This document shows positions 37,630 to 37,666 of a DNA stretch of 37,666 nt, in pieces. The stretch covers positions 46,374,513-46,412,178 of the forward strand of contig NC_068993.1 in NCBI RefSeq assembly GCF_001194135.2, read 5' to 3'. A program made the position numbers and the translations under genes. Numbering within the stretch: position 1 is the stretch's first letter; every line of letters starts with the position of its first letter. The DNA is from Octopus bimaculoides (Eukaryota). Under the pieces are notes generated by a model that was not told where the DNA came from, did no database searches, and saw only the letters and a list, made by a program, of their open reading frames with translations.

Positions 37630-37666
<37 letters not shown>

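Overview
AT-rich, microsatellite-dense animal genomic DNA from a gapped draft assembly (more than a dozen N-runs). The SINE families and repeat landscape look like a coleoid cephalopod, probably Octopus (recognised from memory, not from a search). The only host-gene signal I can support is one 133-nt internal exon (+, 26512-26644) encoding the ICL1-TM2-ECL1 region of a GABA-B-type class C GPCR, so most of the window is probably intron. The rest is decayed mobile DNA: an RTE LINE 3' end, a Penelope-like C-terminal fragment, an internally deleted mariner, an internally deleted maT/DD37D-like element, a Helitron helicase relic, an RLE-type (R4/Dong/NeSL-like) LINE 3' end, a 380-bp foldback MITE and at least four tRNA-derived SINE families. 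The most notable hidden feature is an intact-core Type I hammerhead ribozyme fold on the minus strand (32801-32960) with an unusually long stem II. Three degenerate minimal hammerhead-like relics occur elsewhere in the window. Nearly all ORFs in the supplied track are artefacts of microsatellites and N-gaps.
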